Positions 23,526-32,000 of a DNA stretch of 32,000 nt are shown piece after piece. The DNA lies in NCBI RefSeq assembly GCF_046289595.1, contig NZ_JBKBVB010000002.1:15433-47432 (forward strand), in the 5' to 3' direction. The stretch is from Pseudorhodoplanes sp. (GTDB lineage: Bacteria > Pseudomonadota > Alphaproteobacteria > Rhizobiales > Xanthobacteraceae). Each line of letters opens with the position of its first letter. Within the stretch, counting starts at the first letter, position 1. The position numbers were made by a program, and so were the translations under genes. The notes below the pieces were generated by a model that saw only the letters and a list, made by a program, of their open reading frames with translations, did no database searches and was not told where the DNA came from.

Positions 23526-25100
23526 GTGACCGATCGTTCGAGAAGGGGCGCGAGTGCAATCGCGCTCATCGTCTATGTTGCGGCCTTCGTGGTGGGCACC
23601 ATTGTGATGAGCTTCGAAATGCTCGGTTCGCGCTATCTCAATCCGTATTTCGGCAGCGGCATCTACACCTGGGCGTCGCTGATCTCGACCGTGCTCGCCG
23701 CACTTTGCGTCGGCTATTTCCTCGGCGGATGGCTGGCCGACCGCGCCCCTTCCCTAACAATGCTCGGCCTGACCGTGATCATCGGCTCAATCTACATTCT
23801 GCTGGTGCCGGTTTTCGCCGAGCCGATGCTGGAAATGCTGCTCGCCGGGATCGACGATGTGCGCACCGGAAGTCTCGTCGCGTCCATGGCGATCCTGTTC
23901 TTTCCGGTGACGTTCCTTGGCATGTATTCGCCGTTCGGAATCCGGCTCCTGCTGCGCGACCCCAAGCATTCCGGACGGGTTTCCGGGACGGTCTATGGCA
24001 TCAACACCTTCGGCAGCATCGTCGGCACGCTGGGCACGACTTTTTTCCTGATCCCGATGATGGGGTCGCGCGCGATCACGATCACTGCGGGTCTTGCCGG
24101 CATCGCCTCCGGCCTCGCGCTGATGGCCGGGCAGCGGTTGATGCGCGCGGTGCCGGCGGCCCTGCTCGCCGGCGCTTTGGCCACCGGTTCGGCCGCCCTT
24201 TCGCCGGGCACGGCGTCGGCGGAAGATCTGGTCGACATGTCCGTGCGCGAGAAGCTTCTCACCCGCAAGGACGGCCAAATCGATCATATCGAAACCACCT
24301 ATAACGACATCTTCATCACCAAGGACAGGTCCGAATTGCACATGGCCTTCCAGCTCAAGGGCTGGGACTATACGCAATCGACCATCAACCTGAAGGATGC
24401 CGACGACCTGCCGATCGCGGTCGCGCGACAGATGACGATGGCCGTGGCCTATCCGGCCGAACTGAATCGCATCCTGATGATCGGGCTGGGCGGAGGCACG
24501 ATCTCGACCTATCTCGGCCGGCATATTCCGGACGTCACCATCGACACCGTGGAAATCGATCCTGGCGTCATCACCGCGGCGAAAAAGTACTTCGGCATCC
24601 GGGAGAGCGAACGCATCCGCTATCTCGACGGCGACGGCCGCGTCTTTCTGAACCGCAACAAGCGGCCCTTCGACCTGATCCTGTGCGACGCCTTTCACGG
24701 CGGCTATATCCCGTTCCACCTCCTGACCCGCGAATTCTTCCGGCTGGTGAAGCGCAATCTGACGCCGGACGGCGCGGTCGCGGTGAATATCCATGACGGC
24801 ACCAAGCTCTATGTCTCCACCATCATGACGATGCGGGCGGAGTTTCCGTCGGTGCATCTCTATCCAACCGGGGAAGGCGAAGTGATCGCGATAGGGACGC
24901 TTAAGCCGCGCGAGCGCGACTGGGTGGTGGCCCGCGCCGCAGCGCTGCAAGAGAAGTACAAGTTCCGCTTTCCCCTGCCCGATCTCGTCGCAAAGCCGCT
25001 CGACAAACTCGACACCGCGCAGGGCGTGATCCTGACCGACGATTTCGCGCCGGCCGACCTCTACAATGCGCTGCGCAGTTCGCAGCGCAAGAAGAAATGA
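23526..25100 (+). CDS. Polytopic membrane domain fused to a spermidine synthase-like (class I SAM-fold) domain (524 aa)
   Basis: About 200 hydrophobic N-terminal residues (VAAFVVGTIVMSFEMLGSRYLNPYFG...). The C-terminal part is ILMIGLGGGTISTYL...VEIDPGVITAAKKYFG...DLILCDAFHG. The GTG start has GGGAGA 5 nt upstream. Confidence 0.85.
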   Translation: MTDRSRRGASAIALIVYVAAFVVGTIVMSFEMLGSRYLNPYFGSGIYTWASLISTVLAALCVGYFLGGWLADRAPSLTMLGLTVIIGSIYILLVPVFAEPMLEMLLAGIDDVRTGSLVASMAILFFPVTFLGMYSPFGIRLLLRDPKHSGRVSGTVYGINTFGSIVGTLGTTFFLIPMMGSRAITITAGLAGIASGLALMAGQRLMRAVPAALLAGALATGSAALSPGTASAEDLVDMSVREKLLTRKDGQIDHIETTYNDIFITKDRSELHMAFQLKGWDYTQSTINLKDADDLPIAVARQMTMAVAYPAELNRILMIGLGGGTISTYLGRHIPDVTIDTVEIDPGVITAAKKYFGIRESERIRYLDGDGRVFLNRNKRPFDLILCDAFHGGYIPFHLLTREFFRLVKRNLTPDGAVAVNIHDGTKLYVSTIMTMRAEFPSVHLYPTGEGEVIAIGTLKPRERDWVVARAAALQEKYKFRFPLPDLVAKPLDKLDTAQGVILTDDFAPADLYNALRSSQRKKK

Positions 25101-25130
25101 ACGGCTATCGCAGGACAGTGTGCTTGCGCA

Positions 25131-25817
25131 TTATCGCGCGCCGCGCGCTTCGAGCAGACGCACCATTTGCGGGAATCCGCGACGCCGCGCATGTTCGAGC
25201 GGCGTCACGCCCTCGCGATCGCCAATCGAAGGATTGGCACCCGCCTCCAGCAAAAGCCGCACAATCTCGGTGTGGACCGGGCCGCCATCGCCCAGGATCA
25301 CGGCTTCCATGAGCGCGGTCCAGCCGAGCCTGTTAACGTGATCGATGTCGATTTTCGTTGCGAGCAGCACTTTGACTGCATCGATATGCCCGTAATGGCA
25401 CGCCGGAATCAGCGCCGTGCCGCCGAACCGGTTGAGGCTCTTCAGGTCGGCGCCGGCGGCGAGCGTCATCTTCAGGATCTCGGTGCGGCCATGCGCGCCG
25501 GCGTAGAGATAGGCGCTGTCCTGGATGTTGTCCTTGGCATTGACGTCCGCGCCTGCCGCGATCAGAAGCCGCGCCGCCTCGACATGATTGCCGTGGGTGG
25601 CTGCAAGGAGCGCGGTGCGGCCCCGCGCATCGCGTGCATCGATAGCAACGCCGCGCGCCAGCAGCGCTTTCACCTCGCTCGAGTCTCCACGCCCGGCCGC
25701 CGCGATCAGCGCCTGGCGTTCATCGGCCGTGGCATTGCCCGCGCAAAGAAACGCACAAACAAAAAGAGCGACGCACAGCGCCGCTCTCGAATTCTGCAAA
25801 ATGGCGGCCATCGTCAC
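25131..25817 (-). CDS. Periplasmic ankyrin-repeat protein (228 aa)
   Basis: A signal peptide (..[21 protein letters not shown]) is followed by about five ANK repeats ([31 protein letters not shown] etc.). The GTG 25817 start overlaps the rplQ TGA (GTGA). ATG 25811 is an alternative. Confidence 0.88.
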   Translation of the reverse strand: MTMAAILQNSRAALCVALFVCAFLCAGNATADERQALIAAAGRGDSSEVKALLARGVAIDARDARGRTALLAATHGNHVEAARLLIAAGADVNAKDNIQDSAYLYAGAHGRTEILKMTLAAGADLKSLNRFGGTALIPACHYGHIDAVKVLLATKIDIDHVNRLGWTALMEAVILGDGGPVHTEIVRLLLEAGANPSIGDREGVTPLEHARRRGFPQMVRLLEARGAR

Positions 25818-26239
25818 GCAGCCGCATTCTCCTCGACCGCCTTCTCCTGGACCGGTCCGGAATCCTGGCCCTTGGCGCTTTCGTCGCGATCGACGAACTC
25901 AATTACCGCGATCGGCGCGGAATCACCGTAGCGGAAGCCGGCCTTGATGATGCGGGTATAGCCGCCGTTGCGGTCCTTGTAGCGGGGACCGAGAACCTCG
26001 AACAGCTTCTTGACCATATCGACATCGCGCATCTGCGCAACCGCCTGGCGGCGGGCATGCAGGTCGCCGCGTTTGCCCAGCGTGACCAGCTTCTCGACGA
26101 TCGGACGCAAGTCCTTGGCCTTGGGCAGCGTGGTGATGATCTGCTCGTGCTTGATCAGCGCCGCGCACATATTGGCGAACATCGCCTTGCGGTGCTCGGC
26201 GGTGCGGTTCAGCTTGCGGTGTGCATTTCCGTGACGCAT
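25814..26239 (-). CDS. rplQ: 50S ribosomal protein L17
   Basis: [56 protein letters not shown]. Confidence 0.97.
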   Translation of the reverse strand: MRHGNAHRKLNRTAEHRKAMFANMCAALIKHEQIITTLPKAKDLRPIVEKLVTLGKRGDLHARRQAVAQMRDVDMVKKLFEVLGPRYKDRNGGYTRIIKAGFRYGDSAPIAVIEFVDRDESAKGQDSGPVQEKAVEENAAA

Positions 26240-26320
26240 TGGGGCTTGTCCTTCTCTGTTTCTCCGCGTCGCGACGGACCGCCGGACACTGTGCTCAGGT
26301 GGGCTTCCTGCGTTCGCCCG

Positions 26321-26354
26321 AAAAAATCATGGCAGGGCCGCCGGCCCGGCCATG
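26321..26354 (-). terminator. Intra-operon hairpin + U-tract between rpoA and rplQ (possible attenuator), built from a REP-like core
   Basis: The plus strand reads AAAAAA-t-CATGGC-a-GGGCCG-c-CGGCCC-g-GCCATG (26321-26354). On the minus strand the hairpin is followed by TTTTTT. The GGCCATGACG end (26349-26358) is the reverse complement of the CGTCATGGCC repeat core. Confidence 0.55.
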
Positions 26355-26366
26355 ACGAAATCAAAC

Positions 26367-27386
26367 TCAGTAGTGATCCTCGAAACGCTTGGCGAGATCA
26401 TCGATATTCTCCGGCGGCCAGCCCGGCACTTCCATGCCGAGATGCAGGCCCATCTGCGCCAGCACTTCCTTGATCTCGTTCAGCGACTTGCGGCCGAAAT
26501 TCGGGGTGCGGAGCATTTCGGCTTCGGTCTTCTGAACGAGATCGCCGATATAGACGATGTTGTCGTTCTTCAGGCAGTTCGCAGAGCGCACCGACAGCTC
26601 CAGCTCGTCCACCTTCTTGAGGAAGGCCGGGTTGAACGCAAGATCGGGGATCGATTCCGCGACCACTTCCTTGCGCGGCTCTTCGAAGTTGACGAACACG
26701 TTGAGCTGGTCCTGCAGGATCCGCGCGGCATAGGCGAGCGCGTCCTCCGGCGACACCGCACCGTTGGTCTCGATCGAAAGCGTCAGCTTGTCGTAATCAA
26801 GGATCTGGCCCTCGCGGGTGTTCTCGACCTTGTAGGAAACCTTCTTCACCGGCGAATACAGGCTGTCGACCGGGATCAGCCCGATCGGCGCGTCCTCCGG
26901 ACGATTGCGTTCCGAGGCGACGTAGCCCTTGCCGGTATTGACCGTGAATTCCATGCGAATCTCTGCGCCCTCGTCGAGGGTGCAGAGCACGAGGTCCGGA
27001 TTGAGGATCACGATGTCGCCGACGGTCGAGATATCGCCCGCGGTCACGACGCCCGGGCCCGACTTCTTCACCACCATGCGCTTGGGGCCCTCGCCCTGCA
27101 TCTTGATGGCAATGTCCTTGATGTTGAGGACGATGTCGGTCACGTCTTCGCGCACGCCCGGGATCGACGAGAATTCGTGCAGCACGCCGTCAATATGGAC
27201 CGACTGCACCGCCGCGCCCTGCAGCGAGGACAACAATATGCGGCGCAGCGCGTTGCCCAGCGTGAGGCCGAAGCCGCGCTCCAGCGGCTCGGCCACCAGC
27301 GTGGCCTCGCGCCGCGGATCGGCGCCAGCCGAAACCTGGAGCTTGTTCGGCCTGATCAGTTCTTGCCAGTTTTTCTGGATCGTCAC
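26367..27386 (-). CDS. rpoA: DNA-directed RNA polymerase alpha subunit (339 aa)
   Basis: (V/M)[62 protein letters not shown] 27386 gives the family-typical N-terminus. ATG 27398 is an alternative. The ORF-track start at 27515 is upstream read-through. Confidence 0.95.
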   Translation of the reverse strand: MTIQKNWQELIRPNKLQVSAGADPRREATLVAEPLERGFGLTLGNALRRILLSSLQGAAVQSVHIDGVLHEFSSIPGVREDVTDIVLNIKDIAIKMQGEGPKRMVVKKSGPGVVTAGDISTVGDIVILNPDLVLCTLDEGAEIRMEFTVNTGKGYVASERNRPEDAPIGLIPVDSLYSPVKKVSYKVENTREGQILDYDKLTLSIETNGAVSPEDALAYAARILQDQLNVFVNFEEPRKEVVAESIPDLAFNPAFLKKVDELELSVRSANCLKNDNIVYIGDLVQKTEAEMLRTPNFGRKSLNEIKEVLAQMGLHLGMEVPGWPPENIDDLAKRFEDHY

Positions 27387-27511
27387 GTTTGCACCCATCG
27401 CCTTGGTCGGCTCGGTCTTGCCCTGCGGATCCCGGAACGTTCCAAAAGCACCAGCCCCGGGAGACATATCGGCGGCGGACGCCTCGTCCGGCCGCCACGC
27501 CGTCGTAGACG

Positions 27512-27901
27512 TCATACCCTGCGTCGCTTCCTCGGCCGGCAGCCGTTATGCGGGATCGGCGTTACGTCCCGGATCGAGGTGATGGTGAAGCCTGCCGCCT
27601 GCAGCGCACGCAGAGCACTTTCGCGGCCCGAACCCGGCCCCGAGACCTCGACTTCCAGCGTCCGCATGCCATGCTCGGCCGCCTTCTTCGCAGCGTCTTC
27701 GCTCGCCACCTGCGCAGCGTAGGGTGTCGACTTTCGTGAGCCCTTGAAACCCATGGTCCCCGCCGTCGACCACGCAATTGTATTGCCTTGCGCGTCGGTT
27801 ATGGTGATCATGGTGTTGTTGAAGCTGGCGTTCACATGGGCGACGCCGGACACAATATTCTTGCGCTCCCGGCGGCGGACGCGCGTTACTTCCTTTGCCA
27901 T
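27512..27901 (-). CDS. rpsK: 30S ribosomal protein S11
   Basis: [40 protein letters not shown]...[16 protein letters not shown], with ATG at 27901. Confidence 0.97.
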   Translation of the reverse strand: MAKEVTRVRRRERKNIVSGVAHVNASFNNTMITITDAQGNTIAWSTAGTMGFKGSRKSTPYAAQVASEDAAKKAAEHGMRTLEVEVSGPGSGRESALRALQAAGFTITSIRDVTPIPHNGCRPRKRRRV

Positions 27902-27969
27902 TCTGGTCCCTTTCGAAGCGCCCAAGTATCGCCATTCGCGACTGGCGACCCGGGCGAGAATCCCGTCAA

Positions 27970-28338
27970 TTACTTCTTCTTGCCTGCAATCGCCTTGGCC
28001 GGACCCTTTCGGGTGCGGGCATTGGTGTGGGTCCGCTGGCCACGCACCGGCAAGCCTTTACGATGGCGCAAGCCGCGGTAGCAGCCGAGATCCATGAGGC
28101 GCTTGATATTCATCGCCGTCTCGCGACGCAGATCGCCCTCGACCGTATATTCACGGTCGATCATCTCGCGAATCTGCAGCACTTCGGCGTCTGTCAGCTG
28201 CGACACACGCCGTTCATACGGGATGTGTAGCTGCTGCATGATCTGGTCGGCCGCATGCGCGCCGATGCCGTGAATATACTGAAGCGCGACGACCACGCGC
28301 TTGTTGGTTGGAATATTGACGCCTGCAATACGGGCCAC
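27970..28338 (-). CDS. rpsM: 30S ribosomal protein S13
   Basis: [26 protein letters not shown]...[25 protein letters not shown]. The GTG start has the SD GGAG 7 nt upstream. Confidence 0.97.
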   Translation of the reverse strand: MARIAGVNIPTNKRVVVALQYIHGIGAHAADQIMQQLHIPYERRVSQLTDAEVLQIREMIDREYTVEGDLRRETAMNIKRLMDLGCYRGLRHRKGLPVRGQRTHTNARTRKGPAKAIAGKKK

Positions 28339-28498
28339 GATCTCGCTCCATGTGCCGGCGGCCGTTCCGGGCCGCCGATCAGCCTTCCTGCTCTGTCCGT
28401 GTCTTTCGGAGGGGACCGCAAAGGGTTACCACGACACCTTGCCCCCGCCTCTTCCGGGGCCCGGTATCGCGCATACGTTCTCCCACTGAATGGCGCGG

Positions 28499-28527
28499 TA
28501 TGTACGGTTTCACCGGCGTTTCGTCAA
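28499..28527 (-). promoter_or_regulatory. Candidate sigma70-type promoter for rpsM-rpsK-rpoA
   Basis: The minus strand reads TTGACG (28527-28522), a 17-nt spacer, then TACATA (28504-28499). The -35 box lies in the last adk codons and the -10 box just past the adk stop (28510-28512). This implies a leader of about 150 nt before rpsM. Confidence 0.45.
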
Positions 28528-29415
28528 CCTCCGGTCACGCCCCGATCGGGCTTTTGATGCCCGGTTCCGGGTCGAATTCCTGCTCTTGACGGCCTTGTGA
28601 CGGGCCCCGGCTGCTTTCGCCGATTTTGCAGACCTGGCCTTCGAAACTGCCTTTTTAGGCCGGACCTTGACCGCTTTTTTGAGCCCGGAGCGCGCCTTTT
28701 TCGCGGATTTTTGCGCGGTTTTGGAGGCCGCACGGCCAGCACCTGACCGGGATGCGGGCTTACGGCCGGCGGGCCGGCGGCCCGGCGCGGCGCGCGCGGC
28801 GCGCTTTCGCGGCGGAGCCTTTTTACGGGGAACCGCAGGCTTCAGCAGGTTCCCGATCGCGGCCGTGACCTCGTCGATTGAAGCCATGCCATCGGTCGCT
28901 TTGTGCAGGCCCTTTTTGCGGTAATAGTGAGACAAGGGCGCCGTCTGGGCGTGATACGCGTCGAGCCGCTTCTTGAGCGATTCGGCATTGTCGTCGGCCC
29001 GCACCGCTTCGCCGCGCGCCTTCATTTCCGCGACCCGGTTTTCGATTCGCTTCAGCAGGATGTCGTCATCGACCTCAAGCTCGATCACCGCATCGAGCTT
29101 CAAGCCCTTTTTCGCCAAAAGCTTTTCCAGCGCCTCGGCCTGGGCGACGGTGCGCGGAAAGCCGTCGAGAATGAAGCCCTTACGAGCGTCCGGCTGCGCG
29201 ATCCGTTCTTCGATGATGCCGACGACCACATCGTCCGGCACCAGCTCGCCGCGTGCCATGATGTCCTTGGCACGCAGCCCGACCGGCGTTTCCGCCTTGA
29301 CCGCGGCGCGCAGCATGTCTCCCGTCGAGAGTTGCACGATGCCGTGCTTCTCGACCAGCCGCTGCGCCTGGGTGCCCTTGCCCGCTCCCGGCGGTCCGAG
29401 CAGGATCAGCCTCAT
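28510..29415 (-). CDS. adk: Adenylate kinase (short-lid type) with a 110-aa Lys/Arg/Ala-rich C-terminal tail (301 aa)
   Basis: [39 protein letters not shown]...[16 protein letters not shown]. The core ends near ..[12 protein letters not shown] (aa 191). It then continues in frame through [23 protein letters not shown]...[15 protein letters not shown]. The gene has a 4-nt overlap with the secY stop. Confidence 0.93.
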   Translation of the reverse strand: MRLILLGPPGAGKGTQAQRLVEKHGIVQLSTGDMLRAAVKAETPVGLRAKDIMARGELVPDDVVVGIIEERIAQPDARKGFILDGFPRTVAQAEALEKLLAKKGLKLDAVIELEVDDDILLKRIENRVAEMKARGEAVRADDNAESLKKRLDAYHAQTAPLSHYYRKKGLHKATDGMASIDEVTAAIGNLLKPAVPRKKAPPRKRAARAAPGRRPAGRKPASRSGAGRAASKTAQKSAKKARSGLKKAVKVRPKKAVSKARSAKSAKAAGARHKAVKSRNSTRNRASKARSGRDRRLTKRR

Positions 29416-30743
29416 CTGCGTCGCCCCCGCAACTTCGATTTCTTGATCAGGCCTTCATACTGGTGCGCGAGCAGGTGCCCCTGCACCTGCGCGACCGTAT
29501 CCATGGTCACGCTGACCACGATCAGAAGCGACGTTCCGCCGAAATAGAATGGCACCGCTGCATAGGAAATCAGGATTTCGGGTATCAGGCAGACGATCGA
29601 AAGATAGATCGCCCCGACCACGGTGATCCTGGTCAACACATAGTCGATATATTCCGCCGTCCGCTCGCCCGGCCGAATGCCCGGGATGAAACCGCCATGC
29701 TTCTTCAGATTGTCGGCGGTCTCGGTCGGATTGAATACGATCGCCGTGTAGAAAAACGCGAAGAAGATGATCAGCGAGATGTAGAGCACAAGGAAGAGCG
29801 GCCGGCCATGACCAAGCTGCGTGGTGATGGTGGTAAGCCAAGCCGGTCCCTGGCCTGCGTTGAAATTCGCGATCGTGGTCGGCAGCAAGAGCAGCGACGA
29901 GGCAAAGATTGGCGGAATGACGCCCGCGGTGTTGAGCTTGAGCGGCAGATGCGAGGTCTGCCCTTCGAACATGCGGTTGCCGACCTGCCGTTTCGGATAC
30001 TGGATCAGGAGGCGGCGCTGTGCGCGCTCCATGAACACGATGAAGGCGGTGACCACGAAGGCCATCACGATCACGATCAGGATCAGACCGGTGGAGAGGG
30101 CGCCCTGACGCCCGAGTTCCAGAGTGCCGGCGATTGCCGACGGCAATTCTGCAACGATGCCCGCCATGATGATGAGCGAGATGCCGTTGCCGATGCCGCG
30201 CGAGGTGATCTGCTCGCCAAGCCACATCAGGAACATGGTGCCGCCGGTCAGCGTGATCACGGTGGAGATGCGGAAGAACCAGCCCGGTTCGCTGATGACG
30301 TTGCCGGCACCCTCAAGACCGATGGCGATGCCATAGGCCTGAATGGCGGCCAGGAAGACCGTAAGGTACCGGGTATATTGGTTGATGGTCTTGCGGCCCG
30401 ATTCACCCTCTTTCTTGAGGGCTTCGAGGGTCGGCGACACCGTCGTCATCAGCTGGATGATGATCGAGGCCGAAATATACGGCATGATATTCAGCGCAAA
30501 AATCGCCATGCGCTGAATGCCGCCGCCCGCGAACATGTTGAACATGCCGAGGATGCCGCCGGCCTGGGTGCGGAAAATCTGTTCCCAGGCGGTCGGATCG
30601 ATGCCGGGCAGCGGAATATAGGTGCCAAGCCGATAGACCAGCAGCGCACCGAGCGTGAACCAGATCCGCTTCTTCAGCTCCTCGGCCTTTGCGAGCGCGG
30701 AGAAGTTGATATTGGCCGCAAGTTGTTCCGCTGCTGAGACCAT
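29412..30743 (-). CDS. secY: Preprotein translocase subunit SecY (443 aa)
   Basis: [31 protein letters not shown]...[31 protein letters not shown]. Confidence 0.97.
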   Translation of the reverse strand: MVSAAEQLAANINFSALAKAEELKKRIWFTLGALLVYRLGTYIPLPGIDPTAWEQIFRTQAGGILGMFNMFAGGGIQRMAIFALNIMPYISASIIIQLMTTVSPTLEALKKEGESGRKTINQYTRYLTVFLAAIQAYGIAIGLEGAGNVISEPGWFFRISTVITLTGGTMFLMWLGEQITSRGIGNGISLIIMAGIVAELPSAIAGTLELGRQGALSTGLILIVIVMAFVVTAFIVFMERAQRRLLIQYPKRQVGNRMFEGQTSHLPLKLNTAGVIPPIFASSLLLLPTTIANFNAGQGPAWLTTITTQLGHGRPLFLVLYISLIIFFAFFYTAIVFNPTETADNLKKHGGFIPGIRPGERTAEYIDYVLTRITVVGAIYLSIVCLIPEILISYAAVPFYFGGTSLLIVVSVTMDTVAQVQGHLLAHQYEGLIKKSKLRGRRR

Positions 30744-30796
30744 GCTCGCTCCTGCCCCCGCTTTAGCCCCTATGACGTCCCGGCGTCATGTAGGGA

Positions 30797-31432
30797 TCAG
30801 GCGGGCTTTTTGCCCGCGGGCTTGGCCGGCTTTTCGGCCTTCGCGGTCTCGCCGGCGTCGGCCTTTTTCTTGCCCGCCTGGGCCGGCGCGGCCTCGACGA
30901 CCTTCGGCTTGTCGATGCCCGCGGCAAAACGGGCATTCTTGCCACGCGGCTCTTTCGGCTCTTCCTTCGCGGGCGCCAGGATCTTCACGCTGCCGCCCGC
31001 CTTCTCGACCGCGGCGACCGCGGACTTGGAGGCACGCCACACCGCGAATTCGACCTTCGCCTTGATTTCGCCGCCGCCCAGCAGCTTGACGCCTTCACGT
31101 GCGCGGCTCAGCACGCCGGCCTCGACCAGGGCGTCCACGTCCACCGGCTTTCCGGCGTCGAGCAGCTTGGCGTCGATCGCTGCCTGAACGCGGCCAAGAT
31201 TGACCTCGTTGAGATCGAGCTGGAACGCGGTGTTGCGGAAACCGCGCTTCGGCAAACGCCGGTGCAGCGGCATCTGCCCGCCCTCGAAGCCCTTGATGCG
31301 CACGCCCGATCGCGCGGTCTGGCCCTTGCCGCCGCGCCCGCCGGTCTTGCCCTTGCCCGAGCCGATGCCGCGCCCGACACGGGTGCGACCCTTGGAAGAG
31401 CCGGGTCGGCCGGCCAGTTGGTTGAGCTTCAT
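30797..31432 (-). CDS. rplO: 50S ribosomal protein L15 with a K/A/P/E-rich C-terminal extension (211 aa)
   Basis: [43 protein letters not shown]...[11 protein letters not shown]. The conserved core ends near ..[12 protein letters not shown] (about aa 152) and is followed by 59 extra residues. Confidence 0.95.
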   Translation of the reverse strand: MKLNQLAGRPGSSKGRTRVGRGIGSGKGKTGGRGGKGQTARSGVRIKGFEGGQMPLHRRLPKRGFRNTAFQLDLNEVNLGRVQAAIDAKLLDAGKPVDVDALVEAGVLSRAREGVKLLGGGEIKAKVEFAVWRASKSAVAAVEKAGGSVKILAPAKEEPKEPRGKNARFAAGIDKPKVVEAAPAQAGKKKADAGETAKAEKPAKPAGKKPA

Positions 31433-31457
31433 GACCCTACGTCCTCATTCTCTTTTC

Positions 31458-31540
31458 CGTCATGGCCGGACCTTTCCCGGCCAACCGCGTCATGCCCCGA
31501 TTTTCAGAGGAGACGCAGATGCCCGCGAGCGGCGCGGGCA
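31458..31540. repeat. REP-like palindromic element (copy C) between rpmD and rplO
   Basis: CGTCA-TGGCCGG-acctttc-CCGGCCA (31463-31483) and TGCCCGCG-agcgg-CGCGGGCA (31520-31540). It has the same two-hairpin architecture and cores as copy B. Confidence 0.75.
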
Positions 31541-31550
31541 GGACAATCCT

Positions 31551-31745
31551 TCACTTTCCGTCTTCGACCACCCGGACCAGATGCGCGACCTTCGCGATCA
31601 TGCCGCGTGTCGAGGGGGTGTCCGGCAATTCCCTGGTGCGGCCGATTTTGTTCAGCCCGAGTCCGATCAGGGTCCGACGCTGCGACGCCTCGCGGCGGAT
31701 CGGGCTGCCGACCTGCTCGACCTTGATTGTCTTGTTCGCTGCCAT
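31551..31745 (-). CDS. rpmD: 50S ribosomal protein L30 (64 aa)
   Basis: [61 protein letters not shown], with ATG at 31745. Confidence 0.95.
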   Translation of the reverse strand: MAANKTIKVEQVGSPIRREASQRRTLIGLGLNKIGRTRELPDTPSTRGMIAKVAHLVRVVEDGK

Positions 31746-31776
31746 CACGCGTTGCCTTCCGAAATCAAATTGCCGA

Positions 31777-32000
31777 TCACTCGGCCGTCGCCTCGACACC
31801 CTCTTCGCGGCGGCGCGCCTGAAGGGTCGAAACCTTCATCGAGCGGCGGGCCGCGACCGACCGGGGTGAATCCTGGTTCTTCAATGCATCGAACGTTGCC
31901 CGCACCATGTTGTACGGATTCGACGACCCGAGCGATTTGGCCACCACGTCCTGCATGCCAAGCGATTCGAACACCGCGCGCATCGGGCCGCCGGCGATAA
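31777..32000 (-). CDS. rpsE: 30S ribosomal protein S5, C-terminal part (the gene continues beyond the window)
   Basis: ..[49 protein letters not shown].. The frame is open to the window edge. Confidence 0.92.
   Translation of the reverse strand, partial: IAGGPMRAVFESLGMQDVVAKSLGSSNPYNMVRATFDALKNQDSPRSVAARRSMKVSTLQARRREEGVEATAE

Noticed and set aside
25109-25128. A possible weak hairpin, CGCAGG-N8-CTTGCG, between the convergent spermidine-synthase-like and ankyrin genes.
   Set aside because: The stem is only 6 bp including a G-U pair, and there is no clear U-tract. This is insufficient to call a terminator.

Overview
High-G+C alphaproteobacterial chromosome segment. Spot counts of 60-nt lines give about 67% G+C in the core genes. 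The protein sequences and the CGTCATGGCCGGG-type intergenic palindromes look Bradyrhizobiaceae/Nitrobacteraceae-like, but the taxon cannot be verified here. The right third (25.8-32.0 kb, minus strand) is the conserved spc/alpha ribosomal cluster: rpsE(partial)-rpmD-rplO-secY-adk-rpsM-rpsK-rpoA-rplQ, followed by a translationally coupled periplasmic ankyrin-repeat gene. The middle is housekeeping and accessory metabolism: pccB, dps, a HAD/ATP12 reading frame, a three-component 2-oxoacid oxidoreductase locus (GltD-like flavoprotein, KorA, KorB), an aldo/keto reductase, a Na/Pi symporter, an RluC/D-type pseudouridine synthase, a secreted LCAT-family lipase, a CaCA antiporter, an esterase, a stand-alone CZB zinc-binding protein, rarA, degP and a membrane-fused spermidine-synthase-like protein. 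The most unusual part is the leftmost 1.5 kb. It is a visibly lower-G+C islet (45-57% in spot counts) holding a kinase-first Hip toxin-antitoxin-like module: a HipA-family kinase gene with one frame break, overlapped by an intact HipS-like + HIRAN-domain gene. Other points worth a second look: an exported-protein gene wedged between korA and korB with ATGA overlaps on both sides; HAD and ATP12 domains with no stop codon between them; long basic or K/A/P-rich C-terminal tails on adenylate kinase and L15; an orphan minus-strand terminator suggesting a small RNA; and a REP-like palindrome family that has invaded the ribosomal operon. I saw no tRNA, rRNA, CRISPR array, IS element or integrase in the window.
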